A program made the position numbers and the translations under genes. The notes under the pieces are model-generated. The model was not told the origin of the DNA and searched no databases. It saw nothing but the letters and a program-made list of their open reading frames with translations. A DNA stretch of 64,000 nt from an uncultured Methylomirabilota bacterium (GTDB lineage: Bacteria; Methylomirabilota; Methylomirabilia; Methylomirabilales; 2-02-FULL-66-22): NCBI GenBank assembly GCA_963705305.1, contig OY970067.1, positions 3,040,001-3,104,000 of the forward strand. Reading direction: 5' to 3'. Positions 62,574-64,000 of the stretch are shown in pieces. The stretch's first letter is position 1; each line of letters starts with the position of its first letter.

Positions 62574-64000
62574 ACAAGGGCCAGATCCTGGTTGTCGATG
62601 ACGAGGCGGCCCAGCGGGATATCCTGCGGACCATCCTGGCGTCCGAGGGCTACAGCGTGCAGACGGCCGCGAACGGGGCCGAGGCCCTGCGCGAGGGCGC
62701 CCAAGGGCACGTCGACCTCGTGCTCACCGACCTGCGCATGCCGGGCACGGACGGGCTCTCCCTGGTGCGGCAGCTGACGCGGGACGACCCGCCCACGCTG
62801 GTGATCCTGATGACGGGCTACGGCTCCCAGGATTCCGCCGAGCAGGCCATGAAGCAGGGCGCCTTCGACTACCTGACGAAGCCCTTGGAGCGGAACGAGT
62901 TGCTGCTCACCGTCAACCGGGCCTTCGAGCGCATTCGCCTCAGCCAGGAGAACCGCCTGCTGCGGGAGCAGCTGGAGGCGCGCTTCCGCGTGGAGGGTAT
63001 CGTCGGCAGCCACTACCGGATGCAGGCGGTCTTCGACAAGCTGCACCGGGTGTCCAACAGCAGCTCCACGGTGCTGATCGTGGGGGAGAGCGGGACCGGG
63101 AAGGAGCTGGTGGCCCGCGCCATCCACCGCCACAGCCCGCGCGCGGATCGCCCCTTCGTGGCCATCAGCTGCGCGGCCATTCCCGAGACCTTGATCGAGA
63201 GCGAGCTGTTCGGCTACGAGAAGGGGGCGTTCACCGGCGCGGTCAGCCGCCGCCAGGGCCTGTTCGAGGCGGCGGACCGGAGCACGCTGTTCCTGGACGA
63301 GATCGGCGAGCTGAGCCCGAATCTCCAGGTCAAGGTGCTGCGCTCCCTCCAAGAGCGGGAGATCCGGCGAGTGGGCGGCCGGGAGAACGTGAAGGTGGAC
63401 ACGCGGATCATCGCGGCCACCAACAAAGATCTGGAGGCGGAGGTTGCGAAGGGCAGGTTCCGGGAAGATCTCTACTACCGGCTGAACGTGGTGATCATCA
63501 ATCTCCCCCCCCTGCGCGAGCGGAGCACGGACGTCCCGCAGTTGGCCGAGTATTTCGTGGCCCGGAGCTGCAAGGAGATCGGCCAGCCGCCATTTCCCAT
63601 CACGACCGAGGCCATGCGGCTGCTCCTCCAGTATCACTGGCCGGGCAACGTCCGCCAGTTGGAGGCGGTCATCCAGCGGGCGGTTCTCCTCTCGGACGGC
63701 CGGAAGATCGATTATACGGACCTGCCCATCGAGGTCCGTTTCTCCACCCTGCCGGCTCACGAGCCGCGGCCCGATGAGGCCGCCGCGGCCGGGGGCGCCC
63801 ATCGCTTCACGTTGCCGCTGGGGGGGATCGATATGGAAGAGGTGGAGCGAGACTTCATCCTTCAGGCCATGGAGGCGTCGGACGGGGTGATCGCCAAGGC
63901 GGCCAAACTGCTGGGCGTGAGCTATCGCACGCTCCAATACCGGCTGGAGAAATTCCAGATCCGGCGAGAAGGGGGCGACGAAACCGAGGCCTCCGGAGGA
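62570..64000 (+). CDS. Sigma54-dependent response regulator (receiver, AAA+, Fis HTH); runs off the right edge
   Basis: Manual translation from GTG 62570: [68 protein letters not shown]. No stop in the window, so absent from the ORF track. Confidence 0.95.
   Translation, partial: MNKGQILVVDDEAAQRDILRTILASEGYSVQTAANGAEALREGAQGHVDLVLTDLRMPGTDGLSLVRQLTRDDPPTLVILMTGYGSQDSAEQAMKQGAFDYLTKPLERNELLLTVNRAFERIRLSQENRLLREQLEARFRVEGIVGSHYRMQAVFDKLHRVSNSSSTVLIVGESGTGKELVARAIHRHSPRADRPFVAISCAAIPETLIESELFGYEKGAFTGAVSRRQGLFEAADRSTLFLDEIGELSPNLQVKVLRSLQEREIRRVGGRENVKVDTRIIAATNKDLEAEVAKGRFREDLYYRLNVVIINLPPLRERSTDVPQLAEYFVARSCKEIGQPPFPITTEAMRLLLQYHWPGNVRQLEAVIQRAVLLSDGRKIDYTDLPIEVRFSTLPAHEPRPDEAAAAGGAHRFTLPLGGIDMEEVERDFILQAMEASDGVIAKAAKLLGVSYRTLQYRLEKFQIRREGGDETEASGG

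Overview
GC-rich bacterial chromosomal window; lineage cannot be fixed from sequence alone. From left to right it holds: (1) a minus-strand potassium-uptake locus kdpFABC-kdpD-kdpE, followed by a second HAMP/PAS histidine kinase and a response regulator cut by the window edge, with two small unannotated membrane peptides ahead of kdpA; (2) a poorly explained 10.2-12.4 kb stretch with small ORFs, a candidate structured RNA and a Cys-rich HNH protein; (3) an intact IS1380-family element; (4) an RND efflux pair; (5) a LacI-headed minus-strand operon (DegT-type aminotransferase, two Gfo/Idh/MocA oxidoreductases, ABC importer, creatininase-family hydrolase, IMPase-like phosphatase, TIM-barrel isomerase) that looks like amino-sugar/aminocyclitol utilisation, divergent from an IMPase-deoC-FAH group; (6) housekeeping genes ychF, mtaB, a DapA-family lyase, a ThDP enzyme, mtnP, a PfkB kinase and uvrA; (7) a candidate sigma54-driven sRNA, then a RAYT-type Y1 transposase with 29-bp inverted ends whose 75-bp miniature copy lies about 12 kb downstream, the two bracketing a multi-GAF kinase/receiver/HD-GYP signalling block; (8) a sensor kinase and NtrC-family regulator running off the right edge. 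The most unusual signals are short 7-mer/8-mer repeat arrays that occur between genes and also in frame in the same HATPase_c loop of three kinases, the RAYT plus its miniature element, and the two candidate ncRNAs. Three genes carry single-base frameshifts, which may be assembly errors.
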